A stretch of DNA of 64,000 bases, from IMG/VR virus record IMGVR_UViG_3300025789_000028, positions 28,060 through 92,059 of that record, one strand, 5' to 3'. The DNA comes from a virus. This document shows positions 55,680 through 64,000 of this stretch, piece by piece. The position numbers and the translations under genes are program-made. Under the pieces are notes generated by a model that saw only the letters and a list, made by a program, of their open reading frames with translations, did no database searches and was not told the origin of the DNA. Position 1 is the stretch's first letter. Every line of letters starts with the position of its first letter.

Positions 55680-56776
55680 AACTCCGGCAACTCATCATAG
55701 TCAATAGTGTCACTCATTACACCAATAACATAATTTGTTGATTCGCTTTCTTGTAATGCAGTTTGTTTCTTGCTAGTGTCACTATGCTTATTGAACCACG
55801 GAATAGGACTATTCTTTGGTGCAGGATTTTGATACTTAATACCGATTTCTTTCAATGCACTTACTGCTGTATAATCAACAAAGTCTTTTAAGATGTTTGC
55901 ATTCAGTCCAATAACAGGACCTTTCTTAAACAAGTATTCAGCCCATTCTTTTTCTTCACGAATAACATCCATGTACAATTGATAGACTTCCTGTTCGCAT
56001 TCTTGTTTAATAGCAGCAAATCGGCTATCTTCTTTAACAACTTGATTAATTAAGAATGCTGTCCAGCCCTTGTGTAGTAACTCATCTTGTAAAATTAAAC
56101 TAATGATGTTGCCGTTACCAATAAAGATTTTATTCTCAACCATTGCAAGACTTGTAGCAAATGACACCATGAATCTAAATGCTTCCAATGCATAACTTGC
56201 ATGTAGTGCCATATAGATTGCCTTGATGTGATCTGCTTCTGCAATATATCCGTCTAATTCTTTGGCACAATTTAATCTGTGCAAATCATCATAGTACTTG
56301 CCTACACTACTAGCCATGTCAACAATCTCTTTGGTGTCATGAATAGTGTTAAACACATCTTTGGGTACATTATAGATGTTACGAATGATATGGCTGTAAC
56401 TACGACTATGAATGTTTGTTTCAAAGAACGACCAATTACTAATCAATGCTTCTAGTTCAGGAATAGATACAACTGGCCCAAATACTTGATTTGGCGCACG
56501 ACCTTGTAAACTGTCTAATGCAGTTTGTCTTAACAAGTTGCTAGTAAAGATATGCTTGACTGCATCGCTTGCATCTTTGAAATCACCAGCGTCCTTGGTT
56601 AGAGAAATTTCTTCTGGAACCCAAAAGAAACCACGGGCTGTTGTTTCAAAGTTTGCAATCTTTTGATACTTGACTTCTTCAAAACGTTGAATGGTAACTG
56701 GGCCTTCGGGGTCCAAGAACATTTTACGTGATAGATAGTCTGTTTTTGTTGTTAAGTTGTATTGTTGTTTGCTCAT
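55676..56776 (-). CDS. nrdB: class Ia ribonucleotide reductase beta subunit
   Basis: FFWVPEE, ETNIHSRSY, LEAFRF, DELLH. Confidence 0.96.
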   Translation of the reverse strand: MSKQQYNLTTKTDYLSRKMFLDPEGPVTIQRFEEVKYQKIANFETTARGFFWVPEEISLTKDAGDFKDASDAVKHIFTSNLLRQTALDSLQGRAPNQVFGPVVSIPELEALISNWSFFETNIHSRSYSHIIRNIYNVPKDVFNTIHDTKEIVDMASSVGKYYDDLHRLNCAKELDGYIAEADHIKAIYMALHASYALEAFRFMVSFATSLAMVENKIFIGNGNIISLILQDELLHKGWTAFLINQVVKEDSRFAAIKQECEQEVYQLYMDVIREEKEWAEYLFKKGPVIGLNANILKDFVDYTAVSALKEIGIKYQNPAPKNSPIPWFNKHSDTSKKQTALQESESTNYVIGVMSDTIDYDELPEL

Positions 56777-57318
56777 AAATGTTTTTGTAAAAATTGTTTT
56801 AGTTCTGTGGGATCAACCAATTTACCGATGCTTAATATAAGTCTTGGTTTATTTCCTGATACTAACGTATGTCCATGTTTCCACATACTTGAGAGAATCA
56901 TCCAGGCTTCACCTTCTTCTATTTGATACTCTTTGTCGTCAACTATCGGCATGCCACCTTCTTCAGGTTTCAACAACATAAAATTCAATCTCAAATGATG
57001 TAATTTTTTATAGTTGTTATCAATAGTATCAATATGTATTTGGCAAAATCCTTCATTTTCAGACACATGTAATGAATCACCAAAATCTGGTTCTACTTCT
57101 GTGTTTATAAAACCCAATGATGTAAATAAACTGTTACTGAAATCATGCACTTCATCTGCTAAAGGAATGTCTAATTTATCAAATAAAATGTTTTTGTTAA
57201 TTACATACTTATGCGTTTGTACTCCGCGTTCGTTCCATGGCAATGATGATTTATTATAAAAATCAATTAATTTTGTTTTCAAATCTTCAGGAACACTATA
57301 AGGTATTTTAATGTTCAT
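56773..57318 (-). CDS. 2OG-Fe(II) oxygenase
   Basis: HID...EGG...HG...PRLILS. Confidence 0.72.
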   Translation of the reverse strand: MNIKIPYSVPEDLKTKLIDFYNKSSLPWNERGVQTHKYVINKNILFDKLDIPLADEVHDFSNSLFTSLGFINTEVEPDFGDSLHVSENEGFCQIHIDTIDNNYKKLHHLRLNFMLLKPEEGGMPIVDDKEYQIEEGEAWMILSSMWKHGHTLVSGNKPRLILSIGKLVDPTELKQFLQKHL

Positions 57319-57872
57319 GATTCATATCCAAATCTAATACCAAAGAAAGTTCTAACAGCATTTACATTTGGCTTGATCTCAGTTACCCAATGTGTTTCAT
57401 CTGTTGTGTAAATTACCAATCTGTTGGGAATAGGTAAGATTTTTATCCCATTGAAACATAATTCGCCGCCCCATTCTTCTTGCCATTCATCTCCGCAATA
57501 AAGAAATGCTTTGTAATTTCCTGCCATGTTAGTTAGATCAACCATATTTGATAGATTAGCAGTATGTAGAAAATCTATATGCGGCGGGATTACATAGCCT
57601 GAATAACAGTATTGAAAAAATATGTTTTCTATTGGATTTAAATTTTCAGTAAAATCATGTAGTGACGTTTTTATTTTTTCAATGATTGGAATTAACCCTG
57701 TGCCAGTACCGATCAATGCTCTAGTTAAATCACCATGTAAATCACTATACAGTATCATCATTGTATTGTCACTTACTTTTTTCCCATACTTTTTAGTTAG
57801 GTGTTGGGTAGCAGACCTTTGCATGAAGGCGAAATCTTCTTCATTTAAAAAATTGTCTACTACGTGATACAT
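57315..57872 (-). CDS. 2OG-Fe(II) oxygenase (prolyl hydroxylase-like)
   Basis: PPHID...WGGEL...PNRLV...HWV...R. Confidence 0.8.
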   Translation of the reverse strand: MYHVVDNFLNEEDFAFMQRSATQHLTKKYGKKVSDNTMMILYSDLHGDLTRALIGTGTGLIPIIEKIKTSLHDFTENLNPIENIFFQYCYSGYVIPPHIDFLHTANLSNMVDLTNMAGNYKAFLYCGDEWQEEWGGELCFNGIKILPIPNRLVIYTTDETHWVTEIKPNVNAVRTFFGIRFGYES

Positions 57873-60181
57873 TATAATTTACATGCTTCACAATCTTCTT
57901 GGTCATCAAAATTGATTGCTTCTAACGGTGCATCTTCAATTTCTTTACTACCTTGTTTGTTGATTAAGCTATAATAGAAAGTTTTGATACCCCACATATG
58001 ACTTTGCATTAAATTTTTAGCAATCAATGTAGTTGGAACTTTTCTATCAGTAAAGTGTGCAGGATTGTAGAATGTGTTAGTACTAATACTTTGATCGACA
58101 TAGGCTTGAATAACTGCGCTTGTCTTTAAGTATGCTTCACAGTCTGTTTGTTCCCACATCAATTGGTACTTGCTCTTTAGTTTATGATATTCAGGAACAA
58201 CTTGAACAAAACTTCCTGCTTTACTTTCTTTAACACTAATCAAACTCATAGGCATTTCAATACCGTTTGTTGAGTTGATTACTACTGAACTAGATTCTAC
58301 AGGAGCTACAGCCATTTGTGTAGCGTTACGGACACCGCAACTACGCATCATGCCACGCAGACCTTCCCAGTTTAGTTCAGGTGTGAAGTCTGCTAGTTCA
58401 TTAACACCCTTTGCTCTACGTTCCCAAGGGAATATACCTTGACCATAAAGTGTTTTATCACTATCTACGCAACGTCCGCGCTCTTGTGCTAATTCAACAC
58501 TAGATTCAGTCAAGTAGTATGCTTGATGTTCCATCCATGTCTTAACATCTTGTAGTGCGTCTTTGTCGCCATATTTGTAGTTGCGTTTGGCGTGCCAGTA
58601 TGCTAAGTTAGTGATGCCGATACCAATTGGTCGAATCTCATCATTGCTTAGTTTACTTTGGATACTTAGAAAATCTTGGTAATCCAAAATATTGTTAAGA
58701 CTACGATGCAGAATTCGGCAAGCACGGCGCATATCTTCAGGGTTACGGAATGCTCCCCAATTGATCGAACCAAGAGTACAGAGGGCAATACGCCCACTAT
58801 CATCATCAAGGCGTTTAAAAGATTTAGTAGGTAAAAGGATTTCACAGCAGAGATTACTTTGATAAATTGTATGATATTCAGGATCAAACGGACCTTGATT
58901 CATAACGTTGTCTATGAACACTAGATAGATACGGCCAGTGTCTGTACGTTCTTTTAAGATGCCGCCCTTGAATACATCTTCAGCAGCCATTACTTTTTTA
59001 CGCAAGTCTTTGCGTTTTTCGTATTTTACATATAGTTCTTCAAAACGTTGCGTGTTTTGATAAAATGCTTCATATAAATCAGGAACTTCGTTTGGATCAA
59101 AGAATGTAATGGTTTCTTTGTTCTTAAATCGTTTCCAAAAGAATGCACTCAATACAACACCATAGTCCATATGACGAACACGTGTTTCTTCAGTACCTTG
59201 ATTGTTTTTCAATACAATTAAATCGTCAAACTGATGATGCCATATAGGATAGAATACGGTTGCACTTGCATTACGAATACCACCTTGACTACAACTACGC
59301 AAGTCACCGAACCATTTCTTTAGGAATGGAATCATACCAGTGTGCATGATTTCGCCACCGCGAATAGGGCTACCTAATGGGCGCAATCTGCCGATCTCTA
59401 AACCAATGCCAGCACGTTTGCTGGCATACTTGGCCATCATCTCTCCACTAGCAAATATAGAATCAAGGTCGTCATCGCTACGGATAAGAACGCAACTGCT
59501 AAACTGTTTAGTTGGAGTGCCAAGCCCAGCCAACACAGGAGTAGCAAGAGTGAAAAGACCATCACTAGCAGCATTGTAGTACTCTTTGATATAGCGCATA
59601 CGAGCCGAGTTAGGTTCTTCTTTATGAAAGACTGTTGCGGCTGCAACCATGTAACGAATTTGTGGAGTTTCATATATTTCTTTTGTGCTACGGTTTTTGA
59701 CTAGATATTTTTCAATAAGTTGTTCAATGGCGGCATATGAATAAGTTTCATCTTTTTCATGGTCGATGAAGTCATTCATCTTGTTCCATTCTTCTTCGGT
59801 ATACCACTCTAATAATTCAGGTGTGTATAATCCGGTCTCGACATTCTTTTTAATAATTTCATACAATGGCGGAACTTCATAACTACCATATACATCTTTA
59901 CGCAACATACTTACACGTTGCTTTCCTGCTACATATTGATAGTTTGTGTGTCCAACATCTGGGTTGTTTTCTACGTCAATCAAATCCACAATAGCACGTA
60001 ATGTTAATTCATCAATTGCCTTTGTTGTGATTCCGTCATAGAAATGAGGCTGAGCCTTAATTTCTATCATTGATTGACTTACGTCTGCTATTCCGTTACA
60101 AATTTTCGCTACTTGTGCTTGCCATTTTTCTAATTCTAATGGCTCTGTTACACCTGATCTTTTTGTTACGTTTATCTTCAT
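57872..60181 (-). CDS. nrdA: class Ia ribonucleotide reductase alpha subunit
   Basis: ATP cone, FSSCV, SNLCCEI, C-terminal CEACKL. Confidence 0.97.
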   Translation of the reverse strand: MKINVTKRSGVTEPLELEKWQAQVAKICNGIADVSQSMIEIKAQPHFYDGITTKAIDELTLRAIVDLIDVENNPDVGHTNYQYVAGKQRVSMLRKDVYGSYEVPPLYEIIKKNVETGLYTPELLEWYTEEEWNKMNDFIDHEKDETYSYAAIEQLIEKYLVKNRSTKEIYETPQIRYMVAAATVFHKEEPNSARMRYIKEYYNAASDGLFTLATPVLAGLGTPTKQFSSCVLIRSDDDLDSIFASGEMMAKYASKRAGIGLEIGRLRPLGSPIRGGEIMHTGMIPFLKKWFGDLRSCSQGGIRNASATVFYPIWHHQFDDLIVLKNNQGTEETRVRHMDYGVVLSAFFWKRFKNKETITFFDPNEVPDLYEAFYQNTQRFEELYVKYEKRKDLRKKVMAAEDVFKGGILKERTDTGRIYLVFIDNVMNQGPFDPEYHTIYQSNLCCEILLPTKSFKRLDDDSGRIALCTLGSINWGAFRNPEDMRRACRILHRSLNNILDYQDFLSIQSKLSNDEIRPIGIGITNLAYWHAKRNYKYGDKDALQDVKTWMEHQAYYLTESSVELAQERGRCVDSDKTLYGQGIFPWERRAKGVNELADFTPELNWEGLRGMMRSCGVRNATQMAVAPVESSSVVINSTNGIEMPMSLISVKESKAGSFVQVVPEYHKLKSKYQLMWEQTDCEAYLKTSAVIQAYVDQSISTNTFYNPAHFTDRKVPTTLIAKNLMQSHMWGIKTFYYSLINKQGSKEIEDAPLEAINFDDQEDCEACKL

Positions 60182-60621
60182 ACTTTACCTATTTTTTTAA
60201 TTATTGATTCGATATCAATCTTTTTATTGACCCTAAATTCTGATAGAGTAGTATTTACTACCGAGTTAGGCCAGTAATTCATTACATATTTTGCGCTGTC
60301 GACCAGGACTAAAACTACATCAACGTTATTATAATCGGTTGCTTCTACTAAGTCAACGTCTTTAATACCCAATAGCAAAAGAGTATATACCATTCCCAAA
60401 GCACGGGCATAGTAGCAGTAATCGTTGTCGTTGAGTAATTGCCATGGGTCAGGCCATATTTCTATGTCGTCTGGGTGAAGATAATGGGTACGCAGTGGAC
60501 ATCGTTGCCAAAATGCATCGATGTCAATGCATATGGTTTCAATGTCACTATTTGTTAGATTTGCTTTAAGTTCATGCCAAGCACGTAGCCTGGCATAGTA
60601 GTCTTGTTGGAAAACATTCAT
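60178..60621 (-). CDS. hypothetical protein (possible transglutaminase-like fold)
   Basis: WPDPWQLL...YC...ALG..YTL. Confidence 0.6.
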   Translation of the reverse strand: MNVFQQDYYARLRAWHELKANLTNSDIETICIDIDAFWQRCPLRTHYLHPDDIEIWPDPWQLLNDNDYCYYARALGMVYTLLLLGIKDVDLVEATDYNNVDVVLVLVDSAKYVMNYWPNSVVNTTLSEFRVNKKIDIESIIKKIGKV

Positions 60622-60659
60622 CAGTAGTACTTATCAGCAGTTACGCTGATTAATACAAA

Positions 60660-63600
60660 TTAACATCTACCAACTAAGACTTCAATTACGCCATCTGTGC
60701 CACCATTGAATGACTGTAGAGCCTTACCAATGATAGTACCAGCACGTGCTTCGTTATTTGCTTTAGCATATCCAGGAACTTCAGAAGTAACCATTAAGTC
60801 ACCCTTAATAACTGGACCTTGAACCTTACATGGAACACGTCCCATCAATGCTAAGTCTACAACAAACTCACCAGCACATTCGCTGTTCATCAAGTAAGCA
60901 GGGTTAGTTGATACTACACCTGCAACTCTTGTGTTGTCTGCGGCACCCAATGCAGTAACTTCATTATCACCACCAAATACTAGAACAGTACCCGGTTCAT
61001 ATGCTTGGTCTGCAACATAACGTTCTGCCAAGTCAGCGTATGTAGCATTAAGTTTACTACCTGCGCTTAATGAGAAGTTACCAGTAATAGTACCTGCTGT
61101 TGTATTTGCACCAGTTGTCAATGTACCTAATGTTACTGCACCTGAACCAACTGACAAACTTGCGCCAGTAATACCGTTTGTTACTGCTAGTGAACTTAGT
61201 GTACCAACTGAAGTAATGTTAGGCTGAGCCGCTGTTGTTACTGTACCCGCAGTACCTGCTGAACCGCTTACAGAACCTGAAATTGTTGCAGTAACACTTA
61301 ATGAACTTAATGTACCAACTGATGTGATGTTAGGTTGTGCCGCAGTCGTTACAGTACCTGCGGTAGTTGCACTACCTGCGCTTGTTGCATATGTTGCATT
61401 TGCTACTGTACCTGTAACGTTTGCACCGGTAATTGCTGTTAAGCCACTACCAGAGCCGCTTGTTAATAGATAACTTGCTGCCGCGGTACCACCCAAGTAA
61501 CTTGCATTATTTGCTGTTGCTACTGTACCACTTACGTTAGCACCAGCTACAGCATTTGCAGTAGTTGCGTATGTAGCAAGACCAACAGCACCAGTAACGT
61601 TACCACCAACTAAGTTAGTTAAGCCAGCACCGTTACCAGAGAATATACCTGTGTTAGCAGTAAATGCTGAAGCAGTTACAGTACCACTTACACCTAATGA
61701 TGTCAATGTACCAACGCTTGTAATAGCAGTTTGAGCCGCGCTTGTCACAGTACCTGCTGTTGTTGCTGTAGCAACTGACAAGTTAGCAACTGTAGTAGTT
61801 GAAGTTACGACAAACGGTGCAGTACCTGTTGCTAATGTGCTTGTAATCTGACCGGTTGCACTAATTGTAGTAAATGCACCTGTATTTGCAGTAGTTGCAC
61901 CAACCGTACCGTTATGAGCACCAAATAGTGCCGCATTAACGTTACCTGCACCAATGTTACCTGTCACAGACAATGATGTTAATGTACCAACTGATGTGAT
62001 GTTAGGTTGTGCGTTTGTATATACAGTACCTGCAACTAGTGCATTACCGACTTGACCACTTACGTTAGCACCAGCTACCGAATTCGCTGTTGTTGCATAC
62101 GCTACAGCACCACTTACGTTAGCGCCAGCTACTGAGTTAGCAGTAGTTGCATATGCGACTGCACCGGTTACGTTTGCACCAGTGATAGCTGTTAAGCCAC
62201 TACCTGTACCGTTTGTTAATAGATAACTTGCTGCCGCGGTACCACCTAAATATGCTGAGTTATTTGCACTTGCTACAGTACCAGTAACGTTTGCACCTGC
62301 TACTGAGTTAGCAGTAGTTGCATATGCGACTGCGCCCGATACATTAGCACCTGCCACTGAGTTAGCAGTTGTTGCATAAGCGACTGCACCGGTTACGTTA
62401 GCACCTGCTACTGCGTTTGCTGTTGTTGCATAAGCAACTGCACCGGTTACGTTAGCACCTGCTACTGCGTTTGCTGTTGTTGCATAAGCAACTGCACCGG
62501 TTACGTTAGCACCAGTAATTGCACTCAGCGCAGCACCGTTACCGCTTACGTTAGAGAACACACCGTTTGTTGCACCAATATTACCAACGTTAGCATTACC
62601 TGTAGCATTGAACGTACCTGCTACGTTTGCACCTGTTGAAGTAACAACTAATACGTTAGCAGTACCAGTAGCACTTAAGTTGATGTTACCGTTAGCAACT
62701 ACGTTAACGTTACTATTACCATCTGCAAGTGTGCTGATACCAGCAATGCTTGATGCGGTCAATGTACCGTTAACTGTTAAGTTACCGATGTTTGCGTTAC
62801 CTGTATTAGCATACAAGTTACCTGCTGTTACTGAACCAGTTACAGCCAATGAAGTTAATGTACCAACACTTGTAATGTTAGGTTGTGCATTTGTATAAAC
62901 TGTACCAGCAATTAATGCGTTACCTACTTGACCTGTTACGTTAGCACCAGTTAAGTTGGTTAAGTTTGCACCGTTACCAGTAAACACACCTGTATTTGCT
63001 GTGATGTTGGCTGCTGTGATTGTACCACTTACACCCAGACTTGTTAGTGTACCAACGCTTGTAATGTTAGGCTGTGCACCTGTTGTTGCACCAATTGTAC
63101 CAACAAAGTAGTTTGCAGTTGCAACGTTACCTAAGTTAGCGTTAGCAGATGTTAAGTTACCACTGATATTAGCGATACCTGTTACTAACAAGTTACCACC
63201 GTTGTATATATTACCAGTAATGTTTGCAGTACCAGTAATGTTTGCACCAGTTGCAGTAACGACTAATACGTTAGCAGTACCGTTAACAGAAACGTTGACG
63301 TTACCGGCTGCGGTCGGGATACTGACGTTTGAATTACCATTAGCAAGAGTACCAATGATATTACCTGCAGTAATGTTACCTGTACCAGTAATAACACCTG
63401 AACCAAATCCTAAATTACCAACGTTAGCATTACCTGTAGTAGTAATTGTATTAGCTCCGGCTGCGATAGTACCAATAATGTTACCAGCAGTAATATTACC
63501 TGTACCAGTAATTACTCCACTACCAAAACCCAAGTTACCTACGTTAGCATTACCAGTTGTCGTAATTGCATTGCTACCTGCCGCAATCACACCAATAATG

Positions 63601-64000
63601 TTTCCACCTGTGATATTGCCTGTTGTAGTGATTGTGTTACTTCCGGCAGCGATAGTACCGATGATATTACCACCAGTAATATTACCTGTACCTGTGATAA
63701 CGCCTGAACCAAATCCTAAGTTACCTACGTTAGCGTTGCCACTAGCACTAATTGTACCATTACCAAATACGGTATTAGCAGTTGCATTACCAACTGTTAA
63801 GTTAGCTAGTAAGCCAACTTGAGTTAAACTTGATGTTACAATACTTGAATTTAATACTGTACCTGTTAAGTTGGCTGCGTTTGCTGTGATTGCTGTGTTA
63901 CTTGCCGCAGTCAATTGACCTTGACCATTAACTGTAAATGTTGCTACACGATCACCGTTACCATATGTACCTGCTGTAACAGCAGTATTAGTAATACTAA
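60660..64000 (-). CDS. long tail fibre, 5' end outside window; C-terminal ADLAE-type autoproteolytic/chaperone-like domain
   Basis: frame open to the window edge; AQPNITSVGTL repeats; YADLAERY...GVVSTNPAY...IIGKAL. Confidence 0.85.
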   Translation of the reverse strand, partial: SITNTAVTAGTYGNGDRVATFTVNGQGQLTAASNTAITANAANLTGTVLNSSIVTSSLTQVGLLANLTVGNATANTVFGNGTISASGNANVGNLGFGSGVITGTGNITGGNIIGTIAAGSNTITTTGNITGGNIIGVIAAGSNAITTTGNANVGNLGFGSGVITGTGNITAGNIIGTIAAGANTITTTGNANVGNLGFGSGVITGTGNITAGNIIGTLANGNSNVSIPTAAGNVNVSVNGTANVLVVTATGANITGTANITGNIYNGGNLLVTGIANISGNLTSANANLGNVATANYFVGTIGATTGAQPNITSVGTLTSLGVSGTITAANITANTGVFTGNGANLTNLTGANVTGQVGNALIAGTVYTNAQPNITSVGTLTSLAVTGSVTAGNLYANTGNANIGNLTVNGTLTASSIAGISTLADGNSNVNVVANGNINLSATGTANVLVVTSTGANVAGTFNATGNANVGNIGATNGVFSNVSGNGAALSAITGANVTGAVAYATTANAVAGANVTGAVAYATTANAVAGANVTGAVAYATTANSVAGANVSGAVAYATTANSVAGANVTGTVASANNSAYLGGTAAASYLLTNGTGSGLTAITGANVTGAVAYATTANSVAGANVSGAVAYATTANSVAGANVSGQVGNALVAGTVYTNAQPNITSVGTLTSLSVTGNIGAGNVNAALFGAHNGTVGATTANTGAFTTISATGQITSTLATGTAPFVVTSTTTVANLSVATATTAGTVTSAAQTAITSVGTLTSLGVSGTVTASAFTANTGIFSGNGAGLTNLVGGNVTGAVGLATYATTANAVAGANVSGTVATANNASYLGGTAAASYLLTSGSGSGLTAITGANVTGTVANATYATSAGSATTAGTVTTAAQPNITSVGTLSSLSVTATISGSVSGSAGTAGTVTTAAQPNITSVGTLSSLAVTNGITGASLSVGSGAVTLGTLTTGANTTAGTITGNFSLSAGSKLNATYADLAERYVADQAYEPGTVLVFGGDNEVTALGAADNTRVAGVVSTNPAYLMNSECAGEFVVDLALMGRVPCKVQGPVIKGDLMVTSEVPGYAKANNEARAGTIIGKALQSFNGGTDGVIEVLVGRC
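62060..62520 (-). repeat. 54 nt (18 aa) tandem repeats in tail fibre
   Basis: GAVAYATTAN(A/S)VAGANV(T/S), about 6 copies. Confidence 0.85.

Noticed and set aside
55676-60181. Intron or intein in nrdA/nrdB
   Set aside because: Both ORFs are continuous and of normal length.
62608-63822. Plus-strand ORFs opposite the tail fibre (and minus-strand ORFs opposite 8350-17883)
   Set aside because: Antisense shadows of repetitive Gly/Asn/Thr codons.

Overview
AT-rich 64 kb segment of a large T4-like (myovirus-type) phage genome. The iscU, erpA, ahpC/ahpD and fdxA genes suggest a proteobacterial host (inference). Layout: 1-8.3 kb, small metabolic and translation genes (ferredoxin, dCMP deaminase, 5'-nucleotidase, IF-1, SOD, ErpA). 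8.3-20 kb, Gly/Asn/Thr-rich fibre and lectin genes; one is split by a single GAA>TAA change. 20-32 kb, early genes behind repeated sigma70-type promoters, plus an island of modification enzymes (oxygenases, PP-loop enzyme, S8 protease, GNAT). 32.2-42.5 kb, a minus-strand cluster of 32 tRNA genes covering all 20 amino acids, mixed with HNH/PD-(D/E)XK nucleases and many unannotated structured RNAs. 42.5-64 kb, ahpCD, rimK-like, lpxH-like, iscU, metK, a cell-wall hydrolase, PAAR, grx, nrdAB and a long tail fibre. The most novel signals are in the tRNA cluster. (1) A 58-codon leader ORF using all 20 amino acids and 40 different codons overlaps a mutually exclusive antiterminator/terminator at the head of the cluster, a candidate general translation-sensing attenuator. 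(2) Three promoter-boxB-boxA cassettes resemble rRNA-operon antitermination leaders. (3) A family of long-stem RNA cassettes carries variable, partly tRNA-like cargo. (4) Several tRNAs are atypical. All calls and coordinates were read by eye; no searches or folding programs were run.
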